A DNA stretch of 64,000 bases from an uncultured Alistipes sp. (GTDB lineage Bacteria > Bacteroidota > Bacteroidia > Bacteroidales > Rikenellaceae). The stretch is taken from positions 1,737 through 65,736 of the forward strand of contig CASELE010000007.1 in assembly GCA_949288735.1 (NCBI GenBank), in the 5' to 3' direction. The translations under genes were made by a program, and so were the position numbers. The notes beneath the pieces were generated by a model. The model saw only the letters and a list, made by a program, of their open reading frames with translations, did not search any database and was not told where the DNA came from. How positions within the stretch are numbered: position 1 is the first letter of the stretch; every line of letters begins with the position of its first letter. Shown piece after piece: positions 1 to 9,789 of the stretch.

Positions 1-31
1 TTTAATAGGTACAAAGATAGGGAAAAAGGCG

Positions 32-1084
32 TTATTTCGCCCGGCCTCCGAAGATTTTTTGCAGACGCACGGTGAGTTGCAGCACCTGCTGCGTGCCGAG
101 TCCCGTACCGTCGCAATGGAACAGAATGCCGGCCCGCACGTCGACCGTGCCGTCGAAGAAGGCGCGGGCGTAGGAGAGGGCCGAGCGGCTGTAGAACCCC
201 TCGCGTGTGCCGAAGAAGGTGCAGCAGGCATAGAGTTCGTCGCCGTAGAGTCCGTAGAAGGGGGTCTGGCTTTCGCCCGCGTAGAGCATCTCGGAGAGAG
301 TGAAGCCCCAGCGGCTGATCCGCAGATCGAGCCGTCCGCCCGTCGGGGCCTCCCAACCCGCTTCGGCGATGCGGTCGCGCTGCATGCTCTGCAGCAGCCC
401 CAGCCGGATGTCGAAGTCGAAGAATGCGCGGAAACGGATTCCGCCGTAGGGGTTGACGAGCAGATGATCCACGATGCCTTCGTTGGGCGCCGGATCGGAG
501 CTCTTGGCAAAATGGAGCAGCGAGAGAGCGTAGCCGCCGTAGAGAAGCCGGCCTTCGTATTCGCCGCCGGAGAGGATGCGGAACCGCTCGCGGCGTCCTT
601 CGCCCTGCATCCCTTCCCAGTCGATGGCGAACTCGACAAATCCGCGGTCGCTCCGGTATTGTCCCATTACGCCCTGCAGCCGGTCGTGATGGAAGAGCCA
701 GCCCCGGTCGAAGAACTCTTCGCCGTAGGCGCCGCGCAGCATTGCACGCGGGAAGATGCCTGCGGCGGCCACGGCGCGCGGCGCGTCGTACTGGTACCAG
801 AAGAGCGGCCGCGCCTCGGTGAGGAACTTCGAGCCGTCGCCGAACTCCTGCAGCAGCTCCACGGCCGCCATGAGCCGGTTGTGTCCCCCTCCCCATCGTA
901 TGCCGACCTCGGGCGTGAGCCGGGCGGCGAAGAGGGTCTTCGAGCCGTCGACGCCCATGGAGGCGTATTCGCGGTTGTCGAAATAGGTCTGGAAACGGGC
1001 GCCGACGAGCCACTCCTGGGCCCGGACGGCCGGAAGGGCGGCGAACAGCAGTGCGCCGGTAACGAGTATCTTGCGGAGGAACAT
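32..1084 (-). CDS. Exported hypothetical protein, probable outer-membrane beta-barrel
   Basis: N-terminal signal peptide (MFLRKILVTGALLFAALPAVRA), aromatic-rich alternating pattern; TAATTTTG box at 1110-1117 (minus). Confidence 0.7.
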   Translation of the reverse strand: MFLRKILVTGALLFAALPAVRAQEWLVGARFQTYFDNREYASMGVDGSKTLFAARLTPEVGIRWGGGHNRLMAAVELLQEFGDGSKFLTEARPLFWYQYDAPRAVAAAGIFPRAMLRGAYGEEFFDRGWLFHHDRLQGVMGQYRSDRGFVEFAIDWEGMQGEGRRERFRILSGGEYEGRLLYGGYALSLLHFAKSSDPAPNEGIVDHLLVNPYGGIRFRAFFDFDIRLGLLQSMQRDRIAEAGWEAPTGGRLDLRISRWGFTLSEMLYAGESQTPFYGLYGDELYACCTFFGTREGFYSRSALSYARAFFDGTVDVRAGILFHCDGTGLGTQQVLQLTVRLQKIFGGRAK

Positions 1085-1165
1085 GCCGTGCGGGAGAAAT
1101 AAGCGGCTCCAAAATTAGGGATAAATATTCAAAATAGCTACTTTTGCCCGCAATTATCGAAATCG

Positions 1166-1702
1166 ATGCGCAAGATACCGAACGAAGAATTGGGTCGTCC
1201 GACGCCCGAGGAGTTTGCCCGCATGGAGCGCATGCCCGTTGCGGTGGTGCTTGACGGCGTGCGCTCGGCGCAGAACGTCGGGGCCTTTTTCCGTACGGGC
1301 GACGCCTTCGCCGTGGAGCGGCTCTGGCTGTGCGGCATCACCCCCGTGCCGCCGGCCCGCGAGATACACAAGACGGCGCTCGGCGCCGAATGCACGGTGG
1401 AGTGGGCGTACGAGCCCGAGGCGGCCGACTGCGTGCGCCGGCTGCGCGGTGAGGGATACCGCGTACTGGCCGTGGAGCAGGTCGAGGGGGCCGTGCGGCT
1501 CGACGGCTTTCGTCCCGAGGAGGGGGTTCGTTATGCGCTCGTCTTCGGCAACGAGGTCGACGGTGTGTCGCAGCGGGTGGTGGATCTCTGCGACGGGGCG
1601 CTCGAGATTCCGCAGGCCGGGACGAAGCATTCGCTCAACGTTTCGGTCGCCGCGGGCGTCGTGTTGTGGAGCCTCTTCAGCCGCATCGGACCCCGGCGCT
1701 GA
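1166..1702 (+). CDS. SpoU/TrmH-family RNA methyltransferase
   Basis: Motifs [43 protein letters not shown]. Confidence 0.92.
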   Translation: MRKIPNEELGRPTPEEFARMERMPVAVVLDGVRSAQNVGAFFRTGDAFAVERLWLCGITPVPPAREIHKTALGAECTVEWAYEPEAADCVRRLRGEGYRVLAVEQVEGAVRLDGFRPEEGVRYALVFGNEVDGVSQRVVDLCDGALEIPQAGTKHSLNVSVAAGVVLWSLFSRIGPRR

Positions 1703-1752
1703 GCGGCGCGCATCCGGACCGGAACAGGAACAACCCTAAACAAAACACAGAT

Positions 1753-2568
1753 ATGTCAGTAGAGAGCAGTGTGAGGGCCGTGACGACCTATCGCCTGATG
1801 GAGATGAAGCAGCGCGGCGAGAAGATAGCGATGCTCACCTCGTACGACTATTCGATGGCCCGTATCGTCGATGCGGCGGGCGTGGATGTGATTCTGGTGG
1901 GCGATTCGGCCGCCAACGTGATGGCGGGCTACGAGACGACGGTGCCCATCACGCTCGACATGATGATCTACCACGCCCGTTCGGTGGTGCGGGCCGTGCG
2001 GCGCGCGCTGGTGGTGGTCGACCTGCCGTTCGGCACCTATCAGGGCAATTCGAAGGTGGCGCTCGATTCGGCCGTGCGCATCATGAAGGAGACCGAGGCC
2101 GACGCCGTGAAGATCGAGGGCGGCGAGGAGATTCTCGAGTCGGTGCACCGCATCCTTTCTGCCGGCATACCCGTGATGGGACATCTCGGACTGACACCCC
2201 AGTCCATCCACAAGTTCGGCACCTATGCCGTCCGGGCCCGCGATGAGGCCGAGGCGGCGAAGCTCGTGCGCGACGCGCATCTGCTGAGCGAGGCGGGCTG
2301 CTTCGGCATAGTGCTGGAGAAGATTCCGGCGCAGCTCGCCGCGCGGGTTACCGCCGAGGTCCCGGTCCCCACGATCGGCATCGGAGCGGGCGGCGCCTGC
2401 GACGGTCAGGTGCTCGTCATCCACGACATGCTGGGCATCAACAAGGGCTTTTCGCCCCGGTTCCTGCGCCGTTACGCCGATCTGCACGAAGTGATGACCG
2501 ACGCCGTGACGCGCTATGTCTCCGATGTGAAGGCGTGCGATTTTCCCAATACCGAGGAGCAGTATTAG
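1753..2568 (+). CDS. panB: 3-methyl-2-oxobutanoate hydroxymethyltransferase
   Basis: [34 protein letters not shown]; start placed at ATG 1753 (MSVESSV). Confidence 0.97.
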   Translation: MSVESSVRAVTTYRLMEMKQRGEKIAMLTSYDYSMARIVDAAGVDVILVGDSAANVMAGYETTVPITLDMMIYHARSVVRAVRRALVVVDLPFGTYQGNSKVALDSAVRIMKETEADAVKIEGGEEILESVHRILSAGIPVMGHLGLTPQSIHKFGTYAVRARDEAEAAKLVRDAHLLSEAGCFGIVLEKIPAQLAARVTAEVPVPTIGIGAGGACDGQVLVIHDMLGINKGFSPRFLRRYADLHEVMTDAVTRYVSDVKACDFPNTEEQY

Positions 2569-2596
2569 ACGTTTGGACGTTCGCCCGTACGAAGCG

Positions 2597-2627
2597 AGGC
2601 GGGGAGACCGGTCCGGTCTCCCCGCCT
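2597..2627. terminator. Hairpin between convergent panB and symporter, probable bidirectional terminator
   Basis: 14-bp stem AGGCGGGGAGACCG/CGGTCTCCCCGCCT with 3-nt loop. Confidence 0.7.
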
Positions 2628-2652
2628 TTGGCACTGCGGCCCTTGAATCAGG

Positions 2653-3525
2653 TCAGGCGTAGCCGCGCCGACGGTCGTGCAGCCGCAGCAGCTGCAGGTA
2701 GCCGAGCAGCACGATGTTCATCACCAGAGCGTAGACAATGGCCGGTATGGCCATCTCGCCGCTGTCGAAAAGCAGGGGAGAGGTGGCTATGGCGATTGCC
2801 TGGGCCGCATTCTGCATGCCGATTTCGATGACGATGGTCCGGCGTACGGCGCTTTCCAGCCGGAGAAGTCGGGCGAGGAGCGCACCGGCGGCCGAGGCGA
2901 TGACCAGAAGCAGCAGCGCGGCCAGTCCGAGCGAAGCGATGTGTCGCGCGATGGTCCCGGCGTACTGCACGAAGAATACGGCGGCCAGGAGCAGCAGGGC
3001 GGGAAAGGCGAAGCGGCCGAGCACCGCATGTACGCGGAGTGCCGCCGCCGGCCAGCGGCGGCGGAAGAGCGAGCCGGCGGCCATGGGCAGGAAGACCATG
3101 GCGATGTTCTGTACGAGCAGCCGGCCTGCCGGCAGGTCGATCGCCGTCTCGGTGCGCACCGAGACGTAACGGGCCACGAAATCCATGATGAGCGGCAGCG
3201 TGAAGAGCGTGATGACGCTGCTCATGGCCGTAAGCGTGACCGACAGAGCCACGTCGCCGCGGGCGAGCATCGAGAAGACGTTCGACGAGCTGCCTCCCGG
3301 ACAGCAGGCCAGGAGCATCAGTCCCATGAAGCAGAACGGTGGCAGGTCGAGCGTCAGCCCCACGCCGAAGGCTGCCAGCGGGAGCAGTACGAGCTGGCCG
3401 AAGAGCCCCGTCGCCACGGCCATGGGATGGCGGGCGACACGGGCGAAGGAGCCGCGGTCGAGCTCGATGCCGAGCTGGAACATCAGCACGAGCAGGATGG
3501 GAAGTACGATCCAAAGTGTGTTCAT
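2653..3525 (-). CDS. Bile acid:sodium symporter (BASS) family transporter
   Basis: C-terminal 290 aa of ORF 2653..5925; MFQLGIEL, ACCPGGSSSNVF, EIGMQNA motifs, ~9-10 hydrophobic segments. Confidence 0.9.
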   Translation of the reverse strand: MNTLWIVLPILLVLMFQLGIELDRGSFARVARHPMAVATGLFGQLVLLPLAAFGVGLTLDLPPFCFMGLMLLACCPGGSSSNVFSMLARGDVALSVTLTAMSSVITLFTLPLIMDFVARYVSVRTETAIDLPAGRLLVQNIAMVFLPMAAGSLFRRRWPAAALRVHAVLGRFAFPALLLLAAVFFVQYAGTIARHIASLGLAALLLLVIASAAGALLARLLRLESAVRRTIVIEIGMQNAAQAIAIATSPLLFDSGEMAIPAIVYALVMNIVLLGYLQLLRLHDRRRGYA

Positions 3526-3530
3526 GGCGG

Positions 3531-3647
3531 CAAAGATAGCGTTTTTTCCTCCATGCCGTCGTCCGGAAGCGACGCTCCGGAGAGGAAACTTTTTTCGGCC
3601 GCGCAGAGCGAATCCGTAGGCCGTTTGGAAAAAAATGTGTACTTTTG
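3531..3647. promoter_or_regulatory. Divergent Bacteroidota sigma-A promoters (symporter / guaB)
   Basis: TATCTTTG on minus at 3531-3538; TACTTTTG on plus at 3640-3647 with TTTG at 3624-3627. Confidence 0.7.
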
Positions 3648-3672
3648 CACGCAACAAAAATCCACGTTCATC

Positions 3673-5148
3673 ATGTCTTTCATCAATGAAAGGGTGCAGC
3701 CCGAGGGTCTTACCTTCGACGACGTGCTGCTCGTGCCCGCCTATTCGGAAGTGTTGCCGCGTGAGGTCTCCGTCGAGACCCGTTTTTCGCGAAATATCGG
3801 ACTCAATATCCCCGTCGTCTCTGCGGCCATGGACACCGTGACCGAGGCGCCGCTGGCCATCGCTCTGGCGCGCGAGGGAGGTATCGGTGTGATTCATAAG
3901 AATATGTCCATCGCCGAGCAGGCGGCTCAGGTGCGTCGCGTGAAGCGTGCCGAGAATGGCATGATCTACGATCCGATCACCATCACGAAGGACCATACCG
4001 TGGGCGATGCCCTGCATCTGATGCAGGAGAACCGCATCGGCGGCATCCCGGTGGTCGATGCCGAGAACCGTCTTATCGGTATCGTCACCAACCGCGATCT
4101 GCGCTTCCAGCGCGACATGGGGCGCCGCATCGACGACGTGATGACCAAGGAGGGGCTCGTGACGACCCACAGCTCCGAACTGGAGCATGCGGCCGGCGTG
4201 CTGCTCGCCAACAAGATCGAGAAGCTTCCCGTCGTGGACGAGAAGGGGCACCTCGTGGGTCTGATCACCTACAAGGATATCACCAAGGTGCAGGATCATC
4301 CCAACGCCTGCAAGGATGCCAAGGGGCGGCTGCGCGTGGCGGCGGGCGTGGGCGTGACGGCCGACGCGATGGAGCGCGTGCGTGCGCTCGTTGAGGAGGA
4401 TGTCGACGCCGTGGTGCTCGATTCGGCCCATGGCCATTCGGCCAATGTGGTGCGTCTGCTCCGTGAAATCAAGAGCACCTATTCGAATATCGACGTGGTT
4501 GTGGGCAACATCGCTACGGCCGAGGCGGCGAAATACCTCGCCGAGGCGGGAGCCGACGGCGTGAAGGTGGGTATCGGCCCGGGTTCGATCTGCACCACGC
4601 GTATCATTGCCGGTGTGGGCGTGCCGCAGCTTTCGGCCATCTATGCAGCCTCCTCCGAAGCGAGGAAGCTGGGCGTGCCCGTCATCGCCGACGGCGGTCT
4701 GCGCTATTCGGGCGATATTGTCAAGGCGCTCGCCGCTGGCGGCGACTGCGTGATGATCGGTTCGATGTTTGCCGGTACGGAGGAGGCTCCGGGCGAGACG
4801 ATTATCTACAACGGCCGCAAGTTCAAGTCCTACCGCGGCATGGGCTCGATCGACGCCATGAAGGCCGGATCGGCCGACCGCTACTTCCAGAAGGATTGCG
4901 AGGCGAATGTCAGCAAGCTCGTGCCCGAGGGCATCGTGGCCCGCGTGCCCTACAAGGGGACGCTCAGCGAGACGGTCTACCAGCTCATCGGCGGCATCCG
5001 TGCCGGTATGGGCTACTGCGGCGCGAAGGATATCGCGGCGCTGCAGAAGGCTCAGTTCATCCGTATCACGGCTTCGGGTATGACCGAGAGCCATCCCCAC
5101 GACGTGGCCATCACGCGCGAGGCGCCCAACTACTCGAGCGAGCGGTAG
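3673..5148 (+). CDS. guaB: IMP dehydrogenase
   Basis: [13 protein letters not shown] pair, catalytic [17 protein letters not shown]. Confidence 0.98.
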   Translation: MSFINERVQPEGLTFDDVLLVPAYSEVLPREVSVETRFSRNIGLNIPVVSAAMDTVTEAPLAIALAREGGIGVIHKNMSIAEQAAQVRRVKRAENGMIYDPITITKDHTVGDALHLMQENRIGGIPVVDAENRLIGIVTNRDLRFQRDMGRRIDDVMTKEGLVTTHSSELEHAAGVLLANKIEKLPVVDEKGHLVGLITYKDITKVQDHPNACKDAKGRLRVAAGVGVTADAMERVRALVEEDVDAVVLDSAHGHSANVVRLLREIKSTYSNIDVVVGNIATAEAAKYLAEAGADGVKVGIGPGSICTTRIIAGVGVPQLSAIYAASSEARKLGVPVIADGGLRYSGDIVKALAAGGDCVMIGSMFAGTEEAPGETIIYNGRKFKSYRGMGSIDAMKAGSADRYFQKDCEANVSKLVPEGIVARVPYKGTLSETVYQLIGGIRAGMGYCGAKDIAALQKAQFIRITASGMTESHPHDVAITREAPNYSSER

Positions 5149-5223
5149 GGCGGAAGAGCCGCGGCGTTGTCTCTGCGGCGACCCGCCGGCCGGTGAACGA
5201 CCAACGTGAAACACATCAAGAAG

Positions 5224-6753
5224 ATGCAGGAAAAGATATTGATTCTCGACTTCGGTTCGCAGTACACGCAGCTCATCGCGCGGCGTGTACGCGAGTTGAA
5301 TGTATACTGTGAAATACATCCTTTCAACCGTATACCGGAGCTTGACGCCTCGGTACGGGGCGTGATCCTCTCGGGCAGCCCCTATTCGGTACGCGACGCC
5401 CAGGCTCCCGTGCCCGACCTGAGTGCCATCAAGGGCCGTCTGCCTCTGCTGGGTGTCTGCTACGGGGCGCAGTACCTCGCGCAGGCCTACGGCGGCGAGG
5501 TGCAGCCCGCGGCGAGCCGCGAATACGGACGCGCGATGCTCACGGTGGGCGATGCGCACGACCCGCTCATGGAGGGACTGCCGCAGACGACGCAGGTGTG
5601 GATGTCGCACGGCGATACGATCACGCGAGTTCCGGAGAACTATCGGCTGATTGCCAGTACGGAAGATGTGAAGGTGGCCGCCTATCGCATCGAGGGCGAG
5701 CGGACGTGGGCCATCCAATTCCATCCCGAAGTCTACCATTCGACCGACGGGACGCAGCTGCTCAGAAACTTCGTTGTCGGCATCTGCGGCTGTGCGCAGT
5801 CGTGGACGCCCGAAGGCTTTGTCGAGAGCACGGTGCGCGACCTGCGTGCGCGGCTGGGCGACGACCGCGTGGTGCTGGGGCTCTCGGGCGGTGTCGATTC
5901 GACGGTTGCGGCCGTGCTGCTTCACCGGGCCATCGGGCAGAACCTCTACTGCATCTTCGTCGATTCGGGCCTGCTGCGCAAGAACGAGTTCGAGGAGGTG
6001 CTCGCCTCCTACGAGCAGATGGGCCTCAATGTGCGGGGCGTGCAGGCCTCGGCGAAGTTTCTCGGCGATCTGGCGGGCGTGACCGATCCGGAGCGCAAGC
6101 GCAAGATTATCGGCCGCGACTTCGTGGAGGTATTCAACGAGGAGGCGCAGCGGCTGCGCGACGTGCGCTGGCTGGCGCAGGGAACCATCTATCCCGACGT
6201 CATCGAGTCATGTTCGGTGAACGGCCCTTCGGCCACCATCAAGTCGCACCACAATGTGGGCGGTCTGCCCGAAAAGATGAACCTGCGCATCGTCGAGCCG
6301 CTGCGGCTGCTCTTCAAGGACGAGGTGCGCCGGGTAGGCCGTTCGCTCGGCATCTCCGAGCAGCTGATCGGCCGCCATCCGTTTCCGGGTCCCGGCCTGG
6401 CAATCCGCATCCTGGGCGAGGTGACGCCCGAGAAGGTGGAGATTCTGCAGAACGTGGACCGCATCTACATCGATGCGCTGCGTACGGCCGGTCTCTACGA
6501 CAAAGTCTGGCAGGCGGGAGCCATCCTGCTGCCCGTGCGGAGCGTGGGCGTGATGGGAGACGAGCGCACCTACGAAAACTGCGTGGCGCTGCGTGCCGTC
6601 ACCTCGACCGACGGCATGACGGCCGACTGGGTCCATCTGCCCTATGAATTCCTGGCCGATCTTTCGAACGAGATTATAAACAAGGTACGCGGCGTGAACC
6701 GCGTCGTCTACGACATCTCCTCGAAACCGCCCGCCACGATCGAGTGGGAGTAG
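5224..6753 (+). CDS. guaA: GMP synthase (glutamine-hydrolysing)
   Basis: [47 protein letters not shown]. Confidence 0.98.
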   Translation: MQEKILILDFGSQYTQLIARRVRELNVYCEIHPFNRIPELDASVRGVILSGSPYSVRDAQAPVPDLSAIKGRLPLLGVCYGAQYLAQAYGGEVQPAASREYGRAMLTVGDAHDPLMEGLPQTTQVWMSHGDTITRVPENYRLIASTEDVKVAAYRIEGERTWAIQFHPEVYHSTDGTQLLRNFVVGICGCAQSWTPEGFVESTVRDLRARLGDDRVVLGLSGGVDSTVAAVLLHRAIGQNLYCIFVDSGLLRKNEFEEVLASYEQMGLNVRGVQASAKFLGDLAGVTDPERKRKIIGRDFVEVFNEEAQRLRDVRWLAQGTIYPDVIESCSVNGPSATIKSHHNVGGLPEKMNLRIVEPLRLLFKDEVRRVGRSLGISEQLIGRHPFPGPGLAIRILGEVTPEKVEILQNVDRIYIDALRTAGLYDKVWQAGAILLPVRSVGVMGDERTYENCVALRAVTSTDGMTADWVHLPYEFLADLSNEIINKVRGVNRVVYDISSKPPATIEWE

Positions 6754-6760
6754 ACGTCCG

Positions 6761-6794
6761 GAGACCCGCGCCGAAAGGTGCGGGTCTCTTTTTT
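6761..6794 (+). terminator. Rho-independent terminator of guaBA
   Basis: GAGACCCGCGCC-GAAA-GGTGCGGGTCTC then T6. Confidence 0.85.
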
Positions 6795-6824
6795 GTCGGG
6801 ATGCGCGGAGCGGGTGTCGGCGGT

Positions 6825-6893
6825 TTGTCATCCTCGCGTCGCGCCGATGTCATGTCCGTGATATGCGATTGTAACGGCTCTCCGGTAGTTTTG
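6825..6893 (+). promoter_or_regulatory. Promoter of TonB receptor operon with Pho-box-like half-sites
   Basis: TTGTCAT 6825-6831, ATGTCAT 6847-6853, TTGTAAC 6869-6875 (22-nt spacing); TAGTTTTG box 6886-6893. Confidence 0.5.
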
Positions 6894-6921
6894 CGGCGTG
6901 AAAACCGTAAAAGACACAATC

Positions 6922-9741
6922 GTGAAGAGACTATCGCTACGTAACCTGTTCCTGACTGCGGCACTGCTGCTGGCCGCTCCCCTTTCGTTTGCGCAGAACA
7001 GCATCGAAGGCATCGTGACCGATGCCTCGACGGGACTGCCCGTCGTCGGTGCCACCGTAATCGTTTCGGGTACGACGAAGGGAACGGCGAGCGGTGCGGA
7101 CGGCAGCTACCGTCTGAGCGGCCTGGCCGACGGCACCCATGCGCTCGACATATCGATGATCTCCTACGAGACGCAGCACATCGGAGGCGTCGAACTGCGG
7201 GGCGGACGGACGGTGCGCATCGATGCGGCCCTTGCCGTGCAGAGCGAGCAGATCGGCGACGTGGTGGTGACGGCCGTGCGCCGCACGGGCTCCGAGGTGG
7301 CCGTGAACCGTGATGTCCGCGAGGCGATGATGGTCGTCAGCGGCATCTCGAGCCAGATGATAGGCAAGACGCAGGACCGCGACGCGGGCGAGGTGGTGCG
7401 CCGTATCCCGGGCATCTCGCTCGTGGACGACAAGTTCATCATCGCACGCGGCCTCTCGCAGCGCTACAACAACGTGTGGGTGAACAATGCCGCCGTTCCC
7501 AGTTCTGAGGCCGATTCGCGCGCCTTCTCCTTCGACATCATTCCGGCTGGACAGATCGAGAATATCATGGTACTCAAGTCGCCCGCACCCGAAGTGCCGG
7601 CCGACTTTTCCGGAGGATTCATCAAGATAGCCACGAAGGACATGCCCGCCGGCGACGAGGCGTCTATTACCTATTCGACCGGATTCAATACGGCGACCCA
7701 CTTCGGCGGTTTCCTTCACAATCCGGGGTCCGCGGGCGACCTCTTCGGTTTCGGCGGCGGCACCCGCATGATGCGGGGCGGCATGTCGGGTGCCTACGAC
7801 AACGGCGATGCCGCCTTCGTGAGCGAGATGACGCGTCACGGATTCGACAACGACTGGAGCGTCCGGCGCCGGAGCGCCGTGCCCGACCAGCGCCTTTCGG
7901 CCTCGTTCGGACGCCTGTGGCAACTGGATCGGGAGAGCCGTTTCGCCCTGACCGGGGCGGTGAACTACAGCTACGTTGAGCGCGCCTATACCGACATGTC
8001 GAACGTGCGCTACGGCGTGTGGAACAAGACAGCCGACAAACCCGTCTACCTCTACAACTACACCGACGATCAGTATCAGACCAATGTCAAGCTGGGGGCG
8101 ATGCTCAACCTGGCCTACGTACGGGAGCGGAGCCGGTACTATTTCCGCAACATCTTCAACCAGATAGGCCAGCAGCGGTATACGTTCCGCGAGGGGTGGC
8201 AGAACATCTCGTCGCGCTACGATCAGCAGAAGGCCGAGTATCTGTATTCGAGCCGCAGTTCCTACAACGGTCAGTTCGCCGGCGTGCACACGTCCGATGC
8301 CGGTCGTCTCGACTGGAATATAGGCTACGCCTACGCCAACAAGCTGCTGCCCGACCGCCGCATCATCAACCGGCTCGAGAACGACATCTACGGCGATGAC
8401 TACTATGGCATGATGCGCATCGATCAGAACGAGATGCAGCGCGACTTCACCCGTCTCGACGAACACATCGTCTCGGCGGCCGTGAACTACGAACACACAT
8501 TCCGCGAAGGTCGTCCGTTCGCTCCCGTACTCAAGGTGGGCGCCTACGGCGAATACCGCACCCGCAGGTACCGCGCGCGCTCCTACTACTACCGCTTCAA
8601 CGCTTCGAACCTGCCCGTGGACTTCGCCTACGGAGATCCGGTATCGCAGATTCTTACCGAAGCCAACTACGGTGCAGACCGCCTCTATCTCTACGACGAC
8701 AGCGACAATACGGACAGCTACGAGGGTTCGAACCGGCTGGCCGCAGCCTACGCGGCCGTAAGCCTGCCGCTGGGACGTCTGAACATCTATGCGGGTGTAC
8801 GTTTCGAACACAGCGACATGACATTGACGAGCTATACGCGCAAGAACGAATGGACCTCGCGCGACCGTGACTACACCTTCGACGACCTCTTCCCCTCGGT
8901 GAACGCCACCTTCGAGATCTCGGAGAAGCACCAGCTGCGCGCCGCCTACGGCATGTCGACCAATCGCCCCGAATTCCGCGAGGTGTCGGCCTCGACCTTC
9001 TACGATTTCGACCTCTTCTCCACGATCATGGGTAACCCCGACCTGTCGGCCGCCTACATCCAGAATGCCGATCTGCGTTACGAGTGGTATCCGTCGGCCG
9101 GAGAGAGCATTTCGCTGTCGGTCTTCTACAAGCACTTCCGCAACCCGATCGAGACGACGATCCGCGATGCGGGCGGAAGCTACACCTATACCTTCGAGAA
9201 TGCCGAGCGCGCCCGGGCCTACGGTATGGAACTCGACGTGCGCAAAAATCTGGACTTCATAGGCATGCGTGACTTCTCGCTCTCGCTCAACCTCTCGCTC
9301 ATCGAGAGCCGGGTCTTCTTCGACGACGCTTCGCTCGAACACGACCGCCCCATGCAGGGACAGTCGCCCTATATCGTCAACTGCGGCCTCTTCTACCAGC
9401 CGCAGCGGGCCGGGCTGACCGTCGGTGTGCTCTATAACCGCATCGGCAAGCGTATCATCGGCATCGGCCGCTCCGACCTCTCGTCGGGAGGCAGCGTCGA
9501 CAACGACATCCCCGACATGTACGAGATGCCGCGCGATGCGCTCGACCTGGTGGTCACCAAGTCGCTCGGCAAGCGCTGGGAGCTGCGCCTGAGCCTCAAG
9601 GATCTTATCTGTGACCGGGTGGAGCTGTGCCAGTTCCCGCAGTTCACCGGTGCGGACGGTGCGGTGCACGAGCGCAAGGAGGTGACCAAGAGCTACGACC
9701 CGGGGCGCAGCTTCGTCATCGGAGCCTCGGTGAAGTTTTGA
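6922..9741 (+). CDS. TonB-dependent receptor with N-terminal carboxypeptidase-regulatory-like domain
   Basis: Signal peptide from GTG 6922; plug region DAGEVVRRIPGISL..RGLSQRY; C-terminal ASVKF. Confidence 0.93.
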   Translation: MKRLSLRNLFLTAALLLAAPLSFAQNSIEGIVTDASTGLPVVGATVIVSGTTKGTASGADGSYRLSGLADGTHALDISMISYETQHIGGVELRGGRTVRIDAALAVQSEQIGDVVVTAVRRTGSEVAVNRDVREAMMVVSGISSQMIGKTQDRDAGEVVRRIPGISLVDDKFIIARGLSQRYNNVWVNNAAVPSSEADSRAFSFDIIPAGQIENIMVLKSPAPEVPADFSGGFIKIATKDMPAGDEASITYSTGFNTATHFGGFLHNPGSAGDLFGFGGGTRMMRGGMSGAYDNGDAAFVSEMTRHGFDNDWSVRRRSAVPDQRLSASFGRLWQLDRESRFALTGAVNYSYVERAYTDMSNVRYGVWNKTADKPVYLYNYTDDQYQTNVKLGAMLNLAYVRERSRYYFRNIFNQIGQQRYTFREGWQNISSRYDQQKAEYLYSSRSSYNGQFAGVHTSDAGRLDWNIGYAYANKLLPDRRIINRLENDIYGDDYYGMMRIDQNEMQRDFTRLDEHIVSAAVNYEHTFREGRPFAPVLKVGAYGEYRTRRYRARSYYYRFNASNLPVDFAYGDPVSQILTEANYGADRLYLYDDSDNTDSYEGSNRLAAAYAAVSLPLGRLNIYAGVRFEHSDMTLTSYTRKNEWTSRDRDYTFDDLFPSVNATFEISEKHQLRAAYGMSTNRPEFREVSASTFYDFDLFSTIMGNPDLSAAYIQNADLRYEWYPSAGESISLSVFYKHFRNPIETTIRDAGGSYTYTFENAERARAYGMELDVRKNLDFIGMRDFSLSLNLSLIESRVFFDDASLEHDRPMQGQSPYIVNCGLFYQPQRAGLTVGVLYNRIGKRIIGIGRSDLSSGGSVDNDIPDMYEMPRDALDLVVTKSLGKRWELRLSLKDLICDRVELCQFPQFTGADGAVHERKEVTKSYDPGRSFVIGASVKF

Positions 9742-9789
9742 CGGATGCAACGGAAACGATAACCTTCCTATACAATTTTCACATCTATT

